Virus record (IMG/VR): IMGVR_UViG_3300020398_000005
Span: 1-64,000 of that record
Source of the DNA: an uncultured virus (IMG/VR IMGVR_UViG_3300020398_000005)
Taxonomy: Duplodnaviria > Heunggongvirae > Uroviricota > Caudoviricetes
Length of the DNA stretch: 64,000 nt
Direction: 5' to 3' (one strand)
The notes below the pieces were generated by a model, which searched no databases, was not told where the DNA came from, and saw only the letters and a program-made list of their open reading frames with translations. Shown here piece after piece: positions 29,847 to 39,983 of this stretch; positions within the stretch are counted from its first letter, which is position 1, and every line of letters begins with the position of its first letter. Position numbers and translations under genes: made by a program.

Positions 29847-30105
29847 AAACTGCGTCTTTTGTTTTTAAAACTACATTATTGCCATCACGCACCGCAACAC
29901 CGTCGGCAACTTCGCCAGAACTAGAGATCACTTCAATCTCACTATCGTCTAAAGGAATTGCAAACGGGAAAGTATCATAAGCTGCGGTATAAGAACTGAT
30001 TGATTGCATGGATCGCGCTCCGGTATATAGATCACTGAATACGCGCCGACTTACGACGGCGTCGTAAACAAGTCGGTTAATTTGAGTCAGTAAGTTGGTC
30101 TGCAT
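29791..30105 (-). CDS. Hypothetical protein
   Basis: 104-aa ORF in the operon. Confidence 0.55.
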   Translation of the reverse strand: MQTNLLTQINRLVYDAVVSRRVFSDLYTGARSMQSISSYTAAYDTFPFAIPLDDSEIEVISSSGEVADGVAVRDGNNVVLKTKDAVYDRDTRVVWRYKGESNVS

Positions 30106-30454
30106 AGTTGCGGTAGTGCTCGTATGAAGCCTGCATGTTTTCAGCGCCGATTGGGTTCCTGGTATGAATCATGATCGGCGGTAGCGGTAGTTCAGCGGCA
30201 ATATACTCCTCACACATGAATTTAAGACAGTCGTGTCCTGTGCGTTCTACTCTGCGGCCTCGGCCTTCTTTAAAATCTTGTATATCGTGGTCAAAGCTAT
30301 AAACACACTCTTCCTCTGACTGCACCACATCAAGAACAGCATCTACGAAGTCATCGTACGTGCGCACTACTGTCCATTCAACATCTTGCCATAATGAAAC
30401 CCACACTACGTCAGCAACATTGCGTTCGTCGTCTAAGAATATGCCTTTACGCAT
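30077..30454 (-). CDS. Cyclic-phosphate-processing receiver-like domain protein
   Basis: IFLDDER, SFDHD, TGHDC and HTRNPIGAENM motifs. Confidence 0.75.
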   Translation of the reverse strand: MRKGIFLDDERNVADVVWVSLWQDVEWTVVRTYDDFVDAVLDVVQSEEECVYSFDHDIQDFKEGRGRRVERTGHDCLKFMCEEYIAAELPLPPIMIHTRNPIGAENMQASYEHYRNYADQLTDSN

Positions 30455-30483
30455 ATAATTTCATCCTTTTTATACTTTTTTAT

Positions 30484-30511
30484 ATTGTAGCATCTGGGAA
30501 AAGTTTTACAA
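30484..30511 (-). promoter_or_regulatory. Sigma70-like promoter
   Basis: TTGTAA-N16-TACAAT with TGn extended -10. Confidence 0.5.
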
Positions 30512-30564
30512 GTAGAAAACACAAATGAAAAACTTTTATTTGTTGTGTGAAAACGAAAGATGAA

Positions 30565-30586
30565 GAAAGGGGCAATTGCCCCTTTC
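30565..30586 (-). terminator. Intrinsic terminator after clpA
   Basis: Perfect palindrome GAAAGGGGCAATTGCCCCTTTC followed by a U-rich tail on the minus strand. Confidence 0.75.
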
Positions 30587-30588
30587 AA

Positions 30589-32844
30589 TTATTCTGCGCT
30601 GGCTTCTTCTTGCTTGGCTCGCTGCGCTTTGCGATCTAATGTCACGTTAACCACTAGTTCGTTATTAGCAACTTCTAAGCGCACAATACCGCCTTCGGTT
30701 AACTTACCGTACAAGACTTCCTTGGCAATCGGCTTACGGACCGCAGTCTTAAACAAGCGTTTAAGAGGTCGTGCACCGTACTTATCGTCAATCCCGTTGT
30801 CACGCAACCAACGAGTAGCGTCAGGTGTTACGGATACTTGGATATTCTTAGTACTCAAGTCTTGATTTAACTCAGTAATGTACGTTTTAAGGATTCGATT
30901 AATGCTAATCTCGTCGAGCGGTGCAAACACGTGAATATCATCAACACGGTTAATCAGTTCCGGCTTAAAGAAGCGTTTCACTTCCGCGTCAATTTCTGAT
31001 GTCATGTTTGCACTGCTAGATGCAAAGCCTATACGACTGCCGCTTGCTTTGGCTGCGCCCGGGTTACCGGTATAAAAGATAACCGTATTAGAGAAGTCTG
31101 CGACTACGCCTGACGACGACGTAAGCTTACCGTGATCATGTATCTGTAAAAATAAATCATATACGCTTCGGTGCGCTTTTTCAGATTCATCCATCAGTAT
31201 TACGCAAACAGGGTTTTCAGATACTTCTGTAACCAACTTACCATTCTTGTAGCGACCTTCGCCGTGGCCCTTATAGCCAGGAGGTGCGCCAATTAGTAAC
31301 GCGTCGGAGTGTTCAGCTGAATACTCACTCATATCGTAGCGCAGTAACGGCACGCCCCATTCTTCCGCAAGTACTTTCACCAGGTGTGTTTTACCAGTAC
31401 CTGTGATACCAGCAATAATACCACCGTAAATAGGTCCTTCGGAATTGTCAAGGCCAGCTTTGCGCGTTTCAATAGCTTCAACCACTGTGTCAATAACATC
31501 GTCATGCCCAAACACACGATCCTTAACACGGGCAGCAAGTGTCGACATGCTGTCACTGTCGTTTGCTGTTAAGTCTTTTTCAGGAATGCCTGTAGTCAAA
31601 CTTAGTGCGCGAGTGATGTTCTCGTCGGTTACTTCGTCTTGACCTTTAATCTTAGCGTTAATCATCGCTAAATCAAGTAGGTCAAAACTTCTGTCCGGGT
31701 TGTGCTTTTGTTGCACATATTTGGTAGCCAAATCAACCAGCTTCGGTAAGGCGGCCATGTTAAACGACACGTTATGAAAGTCTTCGTACGAGAACAGGCT
31801 CTGGGCAAGTATACGCACAGTTTCATCACGTGATGGCTCAGGCACATCAACTAATGCAAAGCGGCGCACAAGTGCTCTATCACTTTCAATTTGTTCGTAA
31901 TACTCAGCGTTAGTAGTAGCGCCGATTACTTTAATTTCACCGTTTGCTAGTTTAGGCTTAAGCATATTGCCCAAGTCAAGCGCTGAATCTTTAGTTTGTC
32001 CAGCTGACATCGCAGAGTGCATCTCGTCAATAAACAAGATAACTTTGTCCTTAGAACACAGCTCGTCAATAATTGACTTAATACGTTCTTCAGCATCACC
32101 ACGGAACTTGGTACCTGCCATCAGGGCAGCAACATCAAGTGAATAAATTTCGTAGTCTTTTAGTGAATCTGGAATTTCACCGTCTACAATTCGTTTAGCC
32201 AGGCCTTCGACGATTGCTGTTTTACCAACGCCGGCTTCGCCTGTCAAAATTGCGTTTGACTTTTTGCGACGTCCTAGCACGTGAACTAGTTGATCAATAA
32301 TGTCGTCGCGACCGACAAGCGGATCAATTTTCTCAGCTTGTTCAGTCAAGTTTACACAGTATGCGCCTAAAGGATCAGTTACGTTTGATCCAGTACCAGT
32401 TCCGGATTGAAGGGCAGGCTCCAGGATTTCTAAAATCTTTTCACGAGTAACGCCATGCTTTTTAAGATATGCGGCCGAGTGCGAGCGCTCTTCGGTAACC
32501 ATCATTAATACCAGCGATACAAGTGTCAAATCAGAATTGCCTGAAATCGCGTCTTGTGCTGATGCACGACGGATAAGTTCAATTAGGCGCTTGGATTCTT
32601 TGGGTTCAATGTCAGTGCCAGTCCATGGTGAGCGTAGCGACTCGCTTGACAAATAAGTTTCAACATCAGTGATAAGGCCGTTAAGCGTGCCTTTACAGCG
32701 CGTAACTAAATCAGTGAATGTTTTTTCTTGTGTAAGGGATAAGAGCAAATGCTCGGTAAGTAGGTATTCGTGATAGCGGCTAACCGCCTCGTTTGTAGCG
32801 CGTTCCATAACACGCTTGATGAACTGTAAGTCTTTATCAGCCAT
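30589..32844 (-). CDS. clpA: ATP-dependent Clp protease ATPase subunit ClpA-like
   Basis: Clp-N (EHLLL), two AAA modules ([31 protein letters not shown]), IGF loop, GARPL. Confidence 0.92.
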   Translation of the reverse strand: MADKDLQFIKRVMERATNEAVSRYHEYLLTEHLLLSLTQEKTFTDLVTRCKGTLNGLITDVETYLSSESLRSPWTGTDIEPKESKRLIELIRRASAQDAISGNSDLTLVSLVLMMVTEERSHSAAYLKKHGVTREKILEILEPALQSGTGTGSNVTDPLGAYCVNLTEQAEKIDPLVGRDDIIDQLVHVLGRRKKSNAILTGEAGVGKTAIVEGLAKRIVDGEIPDSLKDYEIYSLDVAALMAGTKFRGDAEERIKSIIDELCSKDKVILFIDEMHSAMSAGQTKDSALDLGNMLKPKLANGEIKVIGATTNAEYYEQIESDRALVRRFALVDVPEPSRDETVRILAQSLFSYEDFHNVSFNMAALPKLVDLATKYVQQKHNPDRSFDLLDLAMINAKIKGQDEVTDENITRALSLTTGIPEKDLTANDSDSMSTLAARVKDRVFGHDDVIDTVVEAIETRKAGLDNSEGPIYGGIIAGITGTGKTHLVKVLAEEWGVPLLRYDMSEYSAEHSDALLIGAPPGYKGHGEGRYKNGKLVTEVSENPVCVILMDESEKAHRSVYDLFLQIHDHGKLTSSSGVVADFSNTVIFYTGNPGAAKASGSRIGFASSSANMTSEIDAEVKRFFKPELINRVDDIHVFAPLDEISINRILKTYITELNQDLSTKNIQVSVTPDATRWLRDNGIDDKYGARPLKRLFKTAVRKPIAKEVLYGKLTEGGIVRLEVANNELVVNVTLDRKAQRAKQEEASAE

Positions 32845-32869
32845 ATTTTGCTCCTTGTGTTTAATCTAT

Positions 32870-33259
32870 TTATTCACCCGATTGTGAATTATTCTGTATT
32901 TGTTGCTCATATGCTTTTATCACAGCTTGCTGGTCCTTAATATAACGTAATAAGTCAGCGGTGTTATACGACAGATTTTCATAGTCCTTTGCACTCAATA
33001 CAAAGTACGCTTGATCGTCTGTCATATTATCAGTTAAGTCAACCATAATAGCCCGGTTGGCAACCTTGAATTCGACTGCGGCCATATTAACTGGCTCGGG
33101 TCTGCCGAACGTGCCGTATATAGGGCATATAGCGTCACTGACGTCCACAGTCTGCGTCTGTTCCTCATCCGTTAAAGTACAAGCCGGCGTCGTAAGAATA
33201 ATTCCTACGGTTATACCGAGCACGATAATAGACTTCACACCGTTATTCAGTTTCTTCAT
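32870..33259 (-). CDS. Putative o-spanin lipoprotein
   Basis: Lipoprotein-like signal ending TPAC; YENLSYN..DLLRYIKDQQAVIxxY as in T4-type o-spanins; overlaps the i-spanin. Confidence 0.7.
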   Translation of the reverse strand: MKKLNNGVKSIIVLGITVGIILTTPACTLTDEEQTQTVDVSDAICPIYGTFGRPEPVNMAAVEFKVANRAIMVDLTDNMTDDQAYFVLSAKDYENLSYNTADLLRYIKDQQAVIKAYEQQIQNNSQSGE

Positions 33260-33692
33260 CGATTTTAGTCACTTCTTCAATGTCAGTACCCAGCTTAGCT
33301 ATGGCTCGATTTACTCGAGTTTCTATTAAGCCTGGCTTTTTGCTGGCTAGATATTCAAGGTCATGTTTACGCAACACATCTTTGATCTTGTTCTGTTCAG
33401 CTACGTTTTCGTTATACAGTTCACGTAACTCAGAATGCTGTTTCAACAGTTGCTCAACTTTGGTTGCTTGGACCCCAAGCCGTTTGACTAAGTTTTCATT
33501 CTTATTTGTAACATTAGTGATTTCGGTTGTCAAGGTATTAACTTCTTTTTGTAACTCAGTGTTATCTTCAATTACAGAAGTTAAGTACGAGTAGCCAAGG
33601 TAAACAGCAAACAGAACACCCGCAAAGGCGGCGAGCACGGCTATTGTACCCCAAGTCTTTTTAGATCCTAATGCGGCGAGTCCTGCTAACAT
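33243..33692 (-). CDS. Putative i-spanin
   Basis: N-terminal TM helix, coiled coil, and HDLxxLAxxKPGLIExRVN motif. Confidence 0.75.
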   Translation of the reverse strand: MLAGLAALGSKKTWGTIAVLAAFAGVLFAVYLGYSYLTSVIEDNTELQKEVNTLTTEITNVTNKNENLVKRLGVQATKVEQLLKQHSELRELYNENVAEQNKIKDVLRKHDLEYLASKKPGLIETRVNRAIAKLGTDIEEVTKIDEETE

Positions 33693-33693
33693 G

Positions 33694-34428
33694 TTATCCG
33701 TTCCTTGTTACTTTAAGACAGTGGTTGTCATCGTTAACCACTAATATATGCGAGTCGCCCGTGCCGAATACAGAATAGCTGGCACCTAGCGAGCGCTCTA
33801 AGAATACTATATCAGTACCGCTCGAAAACGGTGATACCTGACTATGAAATCCTTTAAAGTCGCCTTCATCGACAACACGATAAGAACTCCCCTCCAACGA
33901 GAATGTAGATTTCTTCGTAGTTGTACGGCTAGCGGCTTTAGCAAGAAACTTGGCTATTGCGGCTTGGCCTTTGTTAGCCAAATACTTTTTGTGAGTCATG
34001 TACTTATCAGGATCGAGAGGTAAGTCAGCATATGGATGTCCTGGGCGGTATTGCTTAACTTCGCCTGTCATATAAAAACTAAGACTCCATTTCACCTTAT
34101 CAGTCATATTTTCAATGTCGGCAATCATCTCGTCAAAGTTCTTCCAAAAGTCACGATCACGTCTATACTCAACGTGCACTTTCCACATGTTGTTGGTGTC
34201 GCTAAGTTCAGTGAACTCTGTATCAATCGTATCATACGGCGACATTTCAATAAACATTGCAAAATCACGAGCGGCAGCTTCGTCTACTACATTAAACGTC
34301 ACTACTACCACTTCTTCAGGTGTCCCTGACTTGGGCTTAAAGGAATCAATTAGAATGACCGGATCAACCATATGCTCAAGTTGATGGCGTCTAAACCTTT
34401 CGTTTAACTGTCTTTTTTTATACTTCAT
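33694..34428 (-). CDS. Hypothetical jumbo-phage protein
   Basis: ORF track gives 33694-34524; probable start ATG 34428 (MKYKKRQLNE). Confidence 0.65.
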   Translation of the reverse strand: MKYKKRQLNERFRRHQLEHMVDPVILIDSFKPKSGTPEEVVVVTFNVVDEAAARDFAMFIEMSPYDTIDTEFTELSDTNNMWKVHVEYRRDRDFWKNFDEMIADIENMTDKVKWSLSFYMTGEVKQYRPGHPYADLPLDPDKYMTHKKYLANKGQAAIAKFLAKAASRTTTKKSTFSLEGSSYRVVDEGDFKGFHSQVSPFSSGTDIVFLERSLGASYSVFGTGDSHILVVNDDNHCLKVTRNG

Positions 34429-34963
34429 CGTCGCCTTCATCCTGTGTTGGTTCCTGGTCATCATCGATGTCGTCATCGCCAAATATGTCATCAGTGTCGT
34501 CGATTTTCTCATCTCGATAATCAACGCCGCTTAGCGCAGTAGACAGATTTAAGTAATCAGCAATGTTGCTGGCAATTAGACGTTTGGGGAATTTCAAATC
34601 AACTACTGATACCCTATAAAGCTCGCTCTTAATCGGAGCAGTAGGATTATCGTCAAACTCTTCAGCAGTCGGTACACCTGTCATATTGAACGCTTCGTTT
34701 CGCAGGGTATACTTAATGCCGAACTTCTCCAAACGCGGCAGGCCCTTTACATCAGGCGGCCTAGACTTGGGGTACATAATAGACACGTCAACCCAGTACT
34801 CTGTGATCTCAGGCCCTGCTATAACTTCGCCTTCTTCCCAGTTCTCATACGCATAGACACCGGTCTCGCCAAGGATACTCTCGCACTCTAGCAAGTAATC
34901 CATAGCAGTAATGTCGCCCATAATATACTGGTAGTTTTGTTGTAATGAATCAAATTCTATCAT
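34418..34963 (-). CDS. Hypothetical jumbo-phage protein with acidic tail
   Basis: 181 aa, YxNWxxGExxxGP..YWV motif, CTAAATA upstream. Confidence 0.65.
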   Translation of the reverse strand: MIEFDSLQQNYQYIMGDITAMDYLLECESILGETGVYAYENWEEGEVIAGPEITEYWVDVSIMYPKSRPPDVKGLPRLEKFGIKYTLRNEAFNMTGVPTAEEFDDNPTAPIKSELYRVSVVDLKFPKRLIASNIADYLNLSTALSGVDYRDEKIDDTDDIFGDDDIDDDQEPTQDEGDDEV

Positions 34964-34988
34964 TATATCGCCTGTTTAGTCTTTACCA

Positions 34989-35051
34989 TATTTAGTGCTT
35001 GAGCAAATGTAAAGAAAGATTAATCTACAAAATGGATTCTGGTCGTAAATA
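34989..35051. promoter_or_regulatory. Divergent pair of TAAATA late-type promoters
   Basis: TAAATA on the minus strand at 34989-34994 and on the plus strand at 35046-35051. Confidence 0.6.
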
Positions 35052-35188
35052 CTTTTGAACACTACGGTGTTCAAGGAACCCCGGATGATAGTAAATTCAT
35101 ATACTTACAATCCATGCAACACGCCAAAGACTCTTGTTACTAGAACGAAGGGTCACCACTTCTTTAACCCTAATAAAGGAACTATTTT

Positions 35189-35944
35189 ATGGCAAAACAG
35201 GCTAAGTACGACCAAAATTCAACCAAGCACGGTAAACATAATCAAAAAGCAACTGTTTACGATATAAACTCGCTTACTAAGAAGAGCCCGCCGTCTACTA
35301 AAGACGTGCGTCCGATTCCTAGAAACGTTGCTCAGGAAGAATACGTACAATACCTCAATAACGAAAGCGTTCGTCTAGTTTTCGGCACAGGGCCTGCAGG
35401 TACCGGTAAAACACTACTAGCTACACTGAAGGCAATTCAACTATTTTTAGAAGGCCATGTTACCAAAATTATCATTACTCGCCCTGCTGTGGCAGTAGAC
35501 GGAGAATCACACGGTTTCCTACCTGGCGATATATTCGCTAAATTAGAGCCGTGGACAAAACCTATCTTGGATGTATTTTTAAAGTTCTTTTCACATTCCC
35601 AGATAGCAGATATGATCGACACCGATGTTTTAGAAATTTGCCCGCTTGGTTTCATGCGTGGCAGAACATTTGATAACGCGGTGCTTTTACTTGACGAAGC
35701 ACAAAACTCAACTGACGTACAGATGAAAATGTTCTTAACTCGTATAGGTACCGGCACGCGTGCGTTTATTACAGGTGACTTAGAACAAAGTGACCGCGAA
35801 AAAGGCATCAACGGCCTAGAAGACTTTGCACGCCGAGCTAACGACCGTGCACCGGACAGTATTAAGTTCGTTAATTTTCAACGCAAAGACGTGGAGCGTG
35901 ATGCGATTGTAGAGACTGTATTGGCGCTATACGAAGACGAGTAA
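35189..35944 (+). CDS. phoH: PhoH-family ATPase
   Basis: GPAGTGKT, GFLPG, FMRGRTF, LLDEAQN and TGDLEQSD motifs. Confidence 0.95.
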   Translation: MAKQAKYDQNSTKHGKHNQKATVYDINSLTKKSPPSTKDVRPIPRNVAQEEYVQYLNNESVRLVFGTGPAGTGKTLLATLKAIQLFLEGHVTKIIITRPAVAVDGESHGFLPGDIFAKLEPWTKPILDVFLKFFSHSQIADMIDTDVLEICPLGFMRGRTFDNAVLLLDEAQNSTDVQMKMFLTRIGTGTRAFITGDLEQSDREKGINGLEDFARRANDRAPDSIKFVNFQRKDVERDAIVETVLALYEDE

Positions 35945-35953
35945 TATGATGTG

Positions 35954-35980
35954 AAAAAGCCGCATTTAATGCGGCTTTTT
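35954..35980. terminator. Bidirectional intrinsic terminator
   Basis: AAAAAGCCGCATT-T-AATGCGGCTTTTT between convergent genes. Confidence 0.85.
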
Positions 35981-35995
35981 TGTCTTTGGATTTTA

Positions 35996-36598
35996 TTATG
36001 CTGCGGCCGCGTCTACTGCGCCAATCACATCAGACCAGCTATTGACAACCGGAAATTTGTCTACATGTACGCCGCTGTTATACTCTTGATAAAAGTTTAA
36101 AACTTTTAAGCCATATTCGTGCGCTGCTAGTGCATGTTTTAGATGATCTTCTACATAAAACAAACCAGTGTCTTTATAATGGTCAAACGCTTCTTCTTTG
36201 TGGTGGTGAATATCCACAGCCCAAAGCTTGTCAAAATCAAAGGCGACCGCGCCAAACACAGCGGTAAGATTATCGATGCGATGTTGACGTGTTTCAGGTG
36301 ACGTTCCCATTAACGTAATAGGCACAAGCGTATAACCGCGTTTTACTAACTCTTTGACACCTTCTACTGCGTCCAAATGTGGTTTTAGTTGTGCGAACTT
36401 ATCACTGCCGTTAAACTCTTTAATGAGCGCTATGGCGTCCTGAATAGTATCTATACCTTCGAATCGGTCGTTTACGTTATAAAGGTGACCGGTATCTGGG
36501 ATGGGTGTGTAGCCTTTATCAACCATCCACTCGGTAAAGCCGCCAAACCAGTCAAGCAGGCATCCATCAACATCTGTTAAAAATAGTTTTTTACTCAT
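35996..36598 (-). CDS. HAD-family phosphatase / 5'(3')-deoxyribonucleotidase (T4 30.2-like)
   Basis: LTDVDGCLLDW and YVEDH motifs. Confidence 0.8.
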   Translation of the reverse strand: MSKKLFLTDVDGCLLDWFGGFTEWMVDKGYTPIPDTGHLYNVNDRFEGIDTIQDAIALIKEFNGSDKFAQLKPHLDAVEGVKELVKRGYTLVPITLMGTSPETRQHRIDNLTAVFGAVAFDFDKLWAVDIHHHKEEAFDHYKDTGLFYVEDHLKHALAAHEYGLKVLNFYQEYNSGVHVDKFPVVNSWSDVIGAVDAAAA

Positions 36599-37496
36599 CT
36601 GAGATTCTCTCTCTTATTATTGTTGTCATTAAGTAGTCAACAGCTTCGTCGCTAAAAGCCGATTTAAGACGCGAATGTCGGCGAATCTTAATCGGGTCTG
36701 AAGTTTTGAGTCTGTTGTCGAGACGGCCTTCGTACAACTCACCATCCATATCCAGGCCTAAGATATGCAAACGTGATCCGGGGTTGTGTTCAAGTACTAC
36801 TGACGCGAACGCTCGTTCAGCCGGAATTTCAGTAGTGCGCTTGATGCCGTGAGTCAAGTACTTCACGACACGCTCGATACGCGATGTATCTGTCACATAC
36901 ATGTTACCTTTGTTGAGTATTTGGCCAGGCATCATATTAGTGTTGATCCACGATACGGTGTCAACTGCCAAGCTTAAGGCAGCAATCGCGGGGTCATAAC
37001 TCATTGACATCATGTCTTTTACCTTAAGCGACATCCTAGCCGTATAAGGCATGTTGCCGCAATTATTGTAAAAGTTTGTCTCAAAGTCGCCGACCACGCA
37101 GGGGTTTAACTCTCGGTACATTTCGTCGTTAAAAGCACGAACCTCGTCCAAGTACCCAACAAGGTTATACATTTTGTGTCTACTATCCATCTTACAGGAA
37201 GCAACATTGCTGGGCGGGCCGAGGCGTCTTCCAGTCGACACAAATAGCGAATTTATAGGCATCATCGGAGTAGTCCGTAGCGCGAAAATTTCGGGCTCGA
37301 GGCTGTCCCATTTACCGACAGCAATTCTACTAGACACCATAGCGTAAGGATCCGTAAACGGCGTGTGAAAGGGACGTCTGGGCATCGCATAAATGACAGA
37401 ACCATCGTTGCGTTCCAAGCCATACATTACCCGTGGGCAATTCTTAGTTGACATGAAATGCATCTGATCCGGTACACTCATAAAGATACCCAGCAT
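36591..37496 (-). CDS. Hypothetical protein
   Basis: 301-aa ORF. Confidence 0.7.
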   Translation of the reverse strand: MLGIFMSVPDQMHFMSTKNCPRVMYGLERNDGSVIYAMPRRPFHTPFTDPYAMVSSRIAVGKWDSLEPEIFALRTTPMMPINSLFVSTGRRLGPPSNVASCKMDSRHKMYNLVGYLDEVRAFNDEMYRELNPCVVGDFETNFYNNCGNMPYTARMSLKVKDMMSMSYDPAIAALSLAVDTVSWINTNMMPGQILNKGNMYVTDTSRIERVVKYLTHGIKRTTEIPAERAFASVVLEHNPGSRLHILGLDMDGELYEGRLDNRLKTSDPIKIRRHSRLKSAFSDEAVDYLMTTIIRERISDE

Positions 37497-37497
37497 A

Positions 37498-38436
37498 TTA
37501 CGCGCCTTCTACTGCGAGCTCTAACTCAACCAAAGTTGCTGCTAGATTAAGTTCAGGGTCAGCACACAGCGGTGCCTTAGCCATGCCGTTGCGCAGTGCC
37601 ACAACACAGCTTCTTTCAATATTAGGATCACCATTAGACCAGAAATTGATATTGTTATACAAAAAAGTCCAGATCTCGTCGTACTCGTTGGGCTGTGCCT
37701 TAGCGCACATCAATTTACGTCCTTCCACGTATTGCTTTTCACGGAAGTAAGCCACGGCATGTACGCGCCAGTCTTCTGTATCACCACCTTTAGACGACGG
37801 TGATTCAAGCTTGCCATTCACTGTGTTTTGTTGTAGTAAATTTAGGCACTTACGCAAGTCAGGATAAGTTGAGTCTATCACTTCGCCAAGCGCGTCTGGA
37901 TCTATCTCTACTTGTTCTTCAAGCAGTACACGAACCGCACGCTCTTCAAACTGCGGCTTGTCTGGCTTTGAAATCTCATACTCTTGTAAACGAGATTTAA
38001 GCGCAGGAATAATGCGGTTAGGGTAGTTACACGTCATAACGAAACGACACTGGTGTGCATATGTTTCCATCAAGTTACGAAGTGTGGCTTGTGCTTCCGG
38101 ACTTAAGTGATCAGCCTCGTCAAGCAGAATATAACTGAACTGGCTCATAAAAGGCATGTTAGATGCAAAGCCCTCAACCGTTGTTCTGATATACTCGACA
38201 CCGTTTTTCAATGACGCGTTGATAATTTTGATGTTCGACTTATCCACGCCCAGCATGTTGAACAATACTTTTGCAAGTGTGGTCTTGCCGGTACCTGGAC
38301 CGCCGTGGAATAGCAAGTGCGGAATGGTTTGTTCAGACACCCACTGGTGTATTTTGTTTTTGAGACTTTCGTCTTTAAGAACATACCCGTCTAAGGTAGC
38401 AGGTCGGTACTTTTCAACCCATAAATCAGTTGCCAT
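37498..38436 (-). CDS. Clamp loader AAA+ subunit (RFC small / T4 gp44-like)
   Basis: LWVEKYRP, GGPGTGKTT, LDEAD, CNY..IIPALKSR motifs. Confidence 0.92.
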   Translation of the reverse strand: MATDLWVEKYRPATLDGYVLKDESLKNKIHQWVSEQTIPHLLFHGGPGTGKTTLAKVLFNMLGVDKSNIKIINASLKNGVEYIRTTVEGFASNMPFMSQFSYILLDEADHLSPEAQATLRNLMETYAHQCRFVMTCNYPNRIIPALKSRLQEYEISKPDKPQFEERAVRVLLEEQVEIDPDALGEVIDSTYPDLRKCLNLLQQNTVNGKLESPSSKGGDTEDWRVHAVAYFREKQYVEGRKLMCAKAQPNEYDEIWTFLYNNINFWSNGDPNIERSCVVALRNGMAKAPLCADPELNLAATLVELELAVEGA

Positions 38437-38465
38437 GTGTTTGTATTCCTCTAAGGAAGGGGAGG

Positions 38466-38831
38466 TTACTCCCCTGTGTTTCTCTTGTTGTATTCATGTA
38501 ATTGTGATATGGCGCGTACCACAACACGTGAAATTTCGATATCAACACCGTATGACGCAATACGCGGCACAAGCTCGCCAGCTGCTTCGCTGTCGTTGGG
38601 GACAATCTCTACCAGCTGAATAAACATGTCTTTGTCTTCATCTGAAAGAGTTTCCCAAGTAGGTTCAGCGAACGCTATGCCGTAAACGATACGTGCTATT
38701 TCGTTATTACTCAGGGGTGCTTTCAAAGAACTCTCCCCATGATTCGTCGCCTGGATAGGTGTCTGAGACGGCGATGACTGACTTCGGATACTCGAGCATA
38801 TAGACTCGTAAAGGTTCTTTAGTTTCTTCAT
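38466..38831 (-). CDS. Hypothetical protein
   Basis: ORF; true start probably downstream of the 125-nt overlap with the GroES-like gene. Confidence 0.45.
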   Translation of the reverse strand: MKKLKNLYESICSSIRSQSSPSQTPIQATNHGESSLKAPLSNNEIARIVYGIAFAEPTWETLSDEDKDMFIQLVEIVPNDSEAAGELVPRIASYGVDIEISRVVVRAISQLHEYNKRNTGE

Positions 38832-39078
38832 CTATGATTTCCGGGATTTTACGTGAGCGCGTCCAGCGCCCGTGCTCTACTAGAACCCAATTACCAGGTT
38901 CTATATCAACAACGTCGTCACCAACAGCGAAGACGTGTGCCCAACGATTACGTACACCGTGCGCTTTACCATCATCATTAGCGATAATGATACTGCCCAC
39001 CTTACGCTCGCCGTGGACTATTTTGTCTACTAGCACTCTACCGGGTAGAGGTTTTACTATGGGATTCAAAGTTTTCAT
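38707..39078 (-). CDS. groES: GroES-like co-chaperonin
   Basis: KPLPGRVLV, GSIII mobile loop, VFAVG, GxxVLV. Confidence 0.8.
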   Translation of the reverse strand: MKTLNPIVKPLPGRVLVDKIVHGERKVGSIIIANDDGKAHGVRNRWAHVFAVGDDVVDIEPGNWVLVEHGRWTRSRKIPEIIDEETKEPLRVYMLEYPKSVIAVSDTYPGDESWGEFFESTPE

Positions 39079-39109
39079 ATTTTTATTCTTATTATTACTT
39101 TGTCTGTCT

Positions 39110-39137
39110 ATTTTACACTAAATTCATTTTTTATCAA
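39110..39137 (-). promoter_or_regulatory. Sigma70-like promoter
   Basis: TTGATA-N16-TAAAAT upstream of the GroES-like gene. Confidence 0.5.
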
Positions 39138-39151
39138 GATGAATTTGCGTT

Positions 39152-39973
39152 TTACCAAACATCAGTGTATGAGTGCCCTTTGATATTGTGAGTTTTGATA
39201 TGCGATCGACGCGTAGAAACAAGGGTGCTCAACGGTACTTTGTCCTTTGCTACTATGTCATAGGTTAAGTGCCCGGCTAACAACAAGGAACCCAATTCCT
39301 CACGCGTCATGTAATCATCAGTTTCTTTGGCTTTTGCAGCACACAACACAAAGTCAGACTCACAATCATACACCAACTCATGGTAATCAAGACTATGTTC
39401 AAATACAGATATTTTAAGGATATCGTCTGTGTTCTCTTTGAACTCAACAACGATATTTTTATCACTGGCGCCTATGTTACCGACTGTGTCGAAATACATT
39501 GTGTGGCTGTGCAACACACACAAGATACACTGGTTGTCCGAGTAAAGTGCCGCGGTGGGTATATCGAAGGTCATTGGATTCTCGTAAACCAATGTCTTGC
39601 CATGGCTTTTTAAGATAAAGTGACCCTGGGAATATATATCACGTGGCCTTCCACTTGCGGCTTCCTCACTATAAAGGATTTGACTTAATGTCTGCATCGA
39701 AGCTCGATCAGTTGCTTTGGCCATAGCCTTCGTCAGATCCCAAATCTGCCCGAATACTTTATCTATCATGTCGTTTTCGAAGATATGATTTTCATACCGC
39801 GCGTAACCGTGCAATTCAGAAAGTCGAAATTCACACGAGCTAAAACCCGGCAAGTCTTGATGGCCATTATCGGATTGTTCGACTCTAATACGAACAGTCA
39901 TATCAACAGGGTTTTTTATAGCCCTAAGCCGTAGTGTTCCTAGCTCTAGTGTATTTGGGTTAGTGGTTGCCAT
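39152..39973 (-). CDS. Hypothetical protein
   Basis: 273-aa ORF. Confidence 0.7.
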   Translation of the reverse strand: MATTNPNTLELGTLRLRAIKNPVDMTVRIRVEQSDNGHQDLPGFSSCEFRLSELHGYARYENHIFENDMIDKVFGQIWDLTKAMAKATDRASMQTLSQILYSEEAASGRPRDIYSQGHFILKSHGKTLVYENPMTFDIPTAALYSDNQCILCVLHSHTMYFDTVGNIGASDKNIVVEFKENTDDILKISVFEHSLDYHELVYDCESDFVLCAAKAKETDDYMTREELGSLLLAGHLTYDIVAKDKVPLSTLVSTRRSHIKTHNIKGHSYTDVW

Positions 39974-39983
39974 TCGGTGTCCC

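Noticed and set aside
36591..39973. ORFs 36591-37496 and 39152-39973 as extra tagged-family members
   Set aside because: Sizes are similar and there are weak helices (FSDEAVDYLM, MTREELGSLLLAG), but no RL[QN]YG-type ending.
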